This document shows positions 59,718-64,000 of a stretch of DNA of 64,000 nt, one piece after another (the stretch's first letter is position 1; each line of letters starts with the position of its first letter). The notes beneath the pieces are model-generated. The model saw only the letters and a list, made by a program, of their open reading frames with translations, ran no database searches and was not told the origin of the DNA. The stretch spans positions 32,001-96,000 of the forward strand of contig JAOPTW010000027.1 of assembly GCA_051532035.1 (NCBI GenBank), read 5' to 3'. The position numbers were made by a program, and so were the translations under genes. The DNA comes from Fibrobacterales bacterium (lineage in GTDB: Bacteria; Fibrobacterota; Fibrobacteria; Fibrobacterales; JAOPTW01).

Positions 59718-62360
59718 TTATTTAATTTTAAGCGAGTATCGTTTTGACCACCACACAACAAATGGTGAGGCAACAAAGACAGATGAGTAAGTACCAACTA
59801 TAACACCAATGATAAGTGCATAAGCAAACTGTTGTACTGCGGGACCACCTACAAGTGCCATTACTACAACAACAAAGAGTGTTGTAATAGATGTAATTAC
59901 GGTACGAGAAAGAGACTGGTTAATAGAGATATTCACTCTGCTATCAAAAGAGTCTTTTCCGAGCAATTGTGTATTCTCACGAACACGGTCAAATACAACA
60001 ATCGTATCATTCAGAGAGTAACCAACAATAGTGAGTACCGCTGCAATGGTCGTAGCATCAACACTGAAGTCCATTATAGCAAAAACACCCAAAGTAATAA
60101 TCACATCATGCGTAAGAGCAACTACTGAAGCAAGGCCAAACCCAAGACCGTTTCTTCCAAAACGCATCCAGATGTAGAAAATGATAATAAGAAGTGAAAG
60201 ACAGATTGCCCAAAGAGCATCTTCTTTTAGTTCTTTACCTATTGATGGTCCAACCATTTCTTCATTAATTACTTCTGAGGTGAGGTTTACTGCAGCAAGA
60301 CTTGAAAGAATCAATGAATCAACGCGTATCCCTTTACTTTCGTTTTTAATAGAGATGAGGTAGTGTGTTTTTCCACTTGGTGATTCAACAGGACGTACTA
60401 TAGATCCTTTTAGAACTTTTTCACTATTAAGTGCTGTTGAAACTTGGCCAGCTGTAACGCCTTTTTGGTCAAGCTCTACAGTAATTACGTTACCACCAGT
60501 AAAGTCGATACCGTAGTTCAAGCCGTGTATTGCAAGTATTGCGATTGATGCAATAATAACTACACCTGAAAGCACTGCTGCGATATGACGCTTTGGAATA
60601 ATCTGAAGATTAAGGTTACGGACAAAAGCAAAATCTTTACCAATACTCATTTTGGTAGAGTCGTTTGATTTCATAGTAAGATCAAAGAAATAACGAGTAA
60701 CAAAGAGAGCAGTAAAGAGTGATGCAAGAATACCGATCATCATGGTAAGTCCAAAACCTTTAATAGGGCCAGCACCAATGTTATAGAGGATAAATGCAGT
60801 AAGGAATGTGGTAATGTTCGCATCCATAATAGTTGAAAATGCTTTTTCATAACCAGCAGAGATAGCAGTACGTACCGTTTTACCTGCAGCAAGTTCTTCT
60901 CTAATTCTCTCAAGGATAATCACGTTCGCATCGACCGCCATACCAATTGTAAGAAGGATACCAGCGAGACCAGGAAGGGTGAGTGTCGCATTAAACATCG
61001 ACATTACGCCACCAATAATAACCACATTAAATATCACTGCAATAATTGCATTGATACCTGCACCTGCGTAGTAGAAGATCATGAAGAGAACCACAAGAGC
61101 CATGCCGTATACCGCAGAGCTGATACCGCTTTCAATATTCTCTTGACCAAGTGTTGCACCTACAGAACGTAGCTCAATGATCTCCATCGGGGCAGGTAAT
61201 GCACCAGCTTTAAGAACAATTGAAAGTTGTTTTGCTTCGTTCATGTCATCAAGACCAGTGATCTGTGCTCTACCATTCGCAATTTTTGTTTGAATCACTG
61301 GAGCAGAGATAACCTGACCATCAAGAACGATTGCCATTTTTCTACCGATATTGTTACCAGTAACTGTTGCAAATTTTTTCGGACCAAGACCTTTGAATTG
61401 AAGATCAACCGATACTTCACCAACACTCATACCATCAGATACACGATTCGCTGTAGCGTTGTCGATCTCACGACCATCCATTTCGTAGCGTTTTTTAAGA
61501 AGGTAGAGACGTTTAACTTTTTGCCCTTCAACTTCATCAGTACCCATACCCCATGCAAACTCGAGGTCAAAAGGAATTTTTGAAAGGACTGTTTTGTCCT
61601 CAAGAATTGTTTTTACTTTAAAGAGGTCTTGATCTTTAACAACGATTACCCCTTGTGGGCTTGGTTGAAGAAGGCCAGTAAACCCAATTTTCTTAATCTC
61701 ATCCCAAACGTTATCAGAAGTAACTTCTGTACCTTCAGCTGTTGCTGAGTCAGCAGCGAGTGCGTCATCAGTTTTACCAGCAGTACCACCAATGTCGAGG
61801 TTACTGAGTACATCTTCCGCACTCTCTTCTTTTTTCACACTTGCAGAATCAGTTCCTGTAGAATCAAGATCATAGGCTGTTCTGTTTTTTACGTATTCAT
61901 CAATATCTTGATAGACTTTAATGAAGCGCTCTTGTGCAGCAACAATTTTAAATTCAAGTTTCGCAGTACCACCAATAAGTGTACGTGCACCATCTGCATC
62001 TACACCAGCGAGGTCGGCAACAATTCTGTTTTTGCCAGAAGCCATAATAACAGGCTCACTCACACCGAATTTATCCACACGGTTACGAATAATCTCTAAA
62101 CTTCTATCCAGTACACCTTCGCGATCTTTTGCTTTTTTGATAGCCGCAGTGTCAATCTCAACAACCACGTGAGTACCACCGGCGAGATCAAGTCCAAAGT
62201 TTACTGCTTTTTTAGCAGTGCGAGGGAATTTTTCAACAAATTCCTCTTTCTCTTCACCCTGAAGTGAATGCACCTGGAAGGTCGGTAGTAAACTCCAAAC
62301 CGAAAGCCCCAGAATGAGTAAGATAAAAAAGGTTCTAAAACCATTATTGCTTTGTTTCAT
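59718..62360 (-). CDS. secDF: Fused protein translocase subunit SecDF
   Basis: GLDLAGG, RNRVDKFGVSEP, AIVLDG, IGMAVDANV, GIDFTGG, HD, GYSLNDTIVVFDRVRE. Confidence 0.97.
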   Translation of the reverse strand: MKQSNNGFRTFFILLILGLSVWSLLPTFQVHSLQGEEKEEFVEKFPRTAKKAVNFGLDLAGGTHVVVEIDTAAIKKAKDREGVLDRSLEIIRNRVDKFGVSEPVIMASGKNRIVADLAGVDADGARTLIGGTAKLEFKIVAAQERFIKVYQDIDEYVKNRTAYDLDSTGTDSASVKKEESAEDVLSNLDIGGTAGKTDDALAADSATAEGTEVTSDNVWDEIKKIGFTGLLQPSPQGVIVVKDQDLFKVKTILEDKTVLSKIPFDLEFAWGMGTDEVEGQKVKRLYLLKKRYEMDGREIDNATANRVSDGMSVGEVSVDLQFKGLGPKKFATVTGNNIGRKMAIVLDGQVISAPVIQTKIANGRAQITGLDDMNEAKQLSIVLKAGALPAPMEIIELRSVGATLGQENIESGISSAVYGMALVVLFMIFYYAGAGINAIIAVIFNVVIIGGVMSMFNATLTLPGLAGILLTIGMAVDANVIILERIREELAAGKTVRTAISAGYEKAFSTIMDANITTFLTAFILYNIGAGPIKGFGLTMMIGILASLFTALFVTRYFFDLTMKSNDSTKMSIGKDFAFVRNLNLQIIPKRHIAAVLSGVVIIASIAILAIHGLNYGIDFTGGNVITVELDQKGVTAGQVSTALNSEKVLKGSIVRPVESPSGKTHYLISIKNESKGIRVDSLILSSLAAVNLTSEVINEEMVGPSIGKELKEDALWAICLSLLIIIFYIWMRFGRNGLGFGLASVVALTHDVIITLGVFAIMDFSVDATTIAAVLTIVGYSLNDTIVVFDRVRENTQLLGKDSFDSRVNISINQSLSRTVITSITTLFVVVVMALVGGPAVQQFAYALIIGVIVGTYSSVFVASPFVVWWSKRYSLKIK

Positions 62361-62548
62361 GTGATACTCTACTTTTTAAAATCCATATAACGGGGCAAAA
62401 AGCCCATTTTAATATCGAGTAAATGTACATAAATGTCTGGTATTTTCAATTATATTATGTAGTTAGAACGTTATGGGTATTACTCCATAGGTCATTTTGA
62501 GCATTTAAAACCAATTTTTAGAACTCTTTTGTGATATTTTGAGATGCC

Positions 62549-63868
62549 TTAGCCCTCATTTATCACAATTTCAGTAGATTTTGAACCAATTTCAAGAGTA
62601 AGGCTTACCCGATCGCCTAAATGAGTTCGAATTATCGTAAGAGCCCCCCCCTTAGCCTCAATACAACAGGCCCCACTTTGAAGAGTTCTATGGCGCTTTC
62701 TTAACGAGATCATCTCCTTTACAAAAACAAACAGGGGTGACTCTGCTTCGACAGTATCCCACGGAAAGCAACGACGGCACTCTGGATCAGCCCCTCCCGC
62801 AAGCCCAATCTCATCACCATAATAGATACACGGGGCCCCTGGGAGAAAAAAGAGCAGGGCAAAGGCCTGCATCACTCGCTCGTGACTTCCTTTTGCAATA
62901 GTCATAATACGATGGGTATCGTGACTGCCCAGAAGGTTCATTTGGGCATGTGGTTCACTCACCGTAAATGATTTTTGTAATAACCTTAAAAAGTGTTCTG
63001 TTGAAATTTTATTTCCTAGCGATGACTGATCGCCTTTTGGAACTTTGCAGAGAACATTCAGCACTGCTTGCCGAATACGATAATTCATCACCGCATCAAA
63101 TTGATCGCCTGCGAGCCACCGTGAGGGGTCATCCCAGATTTCACCAACAATATATGCATCTGCATTAATCGCCTTTACTCGCTTGCGAAACTCCCGCCAA
63201 AAGGAGTCATCATCAATTTCATTGGGTACATCAAGACGCCAACCATCAATACCAAGACTCAACCAATACTCGGCAACGGAAAAGATAAAATTCCGCACTT
63301 CAGCATTATCAGTATTAAACTTGGGTAGCGCTTTATTATTCCACCAGCACTCATATTCAACGGTTTTTGTCCGGGTATAGGGCTTAATAGGATAGTGATT
63401 TATATGAAACCACTCAGTAAATGGAGACTCTTCGCCTTGCTCTAATACAGAATTAAACTGAAAGAACCCTCGGGAGCAGTGATTAAATACTCCGTCTAAC
63501 ACAATTTTTATGTCTCGATCATGAGCTGCCGCTATCAGCTCCTTGAAATCATCAAGAGTCCCTAGAATAGGGTCAATCTCAAAATAGTCATGGGTATGAT
63601 AGCGGTGATTTGATGCGGAGGTAAATATTGGACAGAGGTAGAGCGCTGTTATTCCAAGATCAGTGAGATAGTCAAGCTTTTCGATCACCCCTCTCAGGTT
63701 ACCCCCCATAATATTAGCATAGGTAGGTTCAGAGCCCCACTCCTTATACACACCAATGGGAGTTACCGACGAAGAACGGGCAAATCTATCGGGAAAAATC
63801 TGATAAAAAATCGCTGATTTGACCCAACTAGGGGCAAAATTATGAGAGTTATTAAGTGGGATATCCAT
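62549..63868 (-). CDS. GH13 alpha-glycosidase (cyclomaltodextrinase/neopullulanase-like)
   Basis: FYQIFPDRF, LDGVFNH, DGWRLDVPNE, GEIW, LGSHD, YYGDEIG, DPECRR. Confidence 0.93.
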   Translation of the reverse strand: MDIPLNNSHNFAPSWVKSAIFYQIFPDRFARSSSVTPIGVYKEWGSEPTYANIMGGNLRGVIEKLDYLTDLGITALYLCPIFTSASNHRYHTHDYFEIDPILGTLDDFKELIAAAHDRDIKIVLDGVFNHCSRGFFQFNSVLEQGEESPFTEWFHINHYPIKPYTRTKTVEYECWWNNKALPKFNTDNAEVRNFIFSVAEYWLSLGIDGWRLDVPNEIDDDSFWREFRKRVKAINADAYIVGEIWDDPSRWLAGDQFDAVMNYRIRQAVLNVLCKVPKGDQSSLGNKISTEHFLRLLQKSFTVSEPHAQMNLLGSHDTHRIMTIAKGSHERVMQAFALLFFLPGAPCIYYGDEIGLAGGADPECRRCFPWDTVEAESPLFVFVKEMISLRKRHRTLQSGACCIEAKGGALTIIRTHLGDRVSLTLEIGSKSTEIVINEG

Positions 63869-63917
63869 ATACGAGAATATAGTTTATCAAATAAGCCGAA
63901 ACTGATTTAATTCGCCA

Positions 63918-64000
63918 CTACCAACCAGTACGCGCCAACCGAAAGCCGATAGTGTCACCAACTGTCGTAAAACCAATAGAAGGCTGCTCACTATTGCTCC
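63918..64000 (-). CDS. C-terminus of a probable FGE-sulfatase (SUMF1/C-type-lectin fold) protein, partial
   Basis: Manual translation ...SNSEQPSIGFTTVGDTIGFRLARTGW*; GFRxxR terminus. Confidence 0.55.
   Translation of the reverse strand, partial: SNSEQPSIGFTTVGDTIGFRLARTGW

Noticed and set aside
62490..62545. Phased T-tracts upstream of secDF
   Set aside because: Degenerate and compatible with ordinary AT-rich promoter DNA

Overview
A ~40% GC bacterial chromosome segment with about 50 CDSs. I found no rRNA, tRNA, CRISPR array, transposase or phage genes. Ser-rich-linker lipoproteins and a large modular surface protein suggest a Fibrobacterota-like diderm (inference only). Housekeeping genes: aroC, truD, a U32-family RNA hydroxylase, ldhA plus lactate permease, rapA, galT, panB, recO, a HIT protein, secDF and a GH13. 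These are interleaved with many envelope signalling modules. Main candidates: (1) an ECF sigma / membrane anti-sigma / exported caspase-like protease / lipoprotein operon (18.0-22.0 kb), where a basic-x-K/R-G motif recurs in both protease and anti-sigma; (2) a YfiR - hybrid kinase - TonB-dependent receptor operon (25.0-30.6 kb) ending in a 64-aa exported peptide that resembles the receptor's own N-terminal extension; (3) a five-unit covarying hairpin array plus a 106-bp MITE-like element upstream of panB; (4) two degenerate histidine kinases, one with His->Tyr, flanking an intact kinase; (5) a perfect FNR box at about -41.5 of the ldhA promoter. All family calls come from motif recognition by eye, not database searches.
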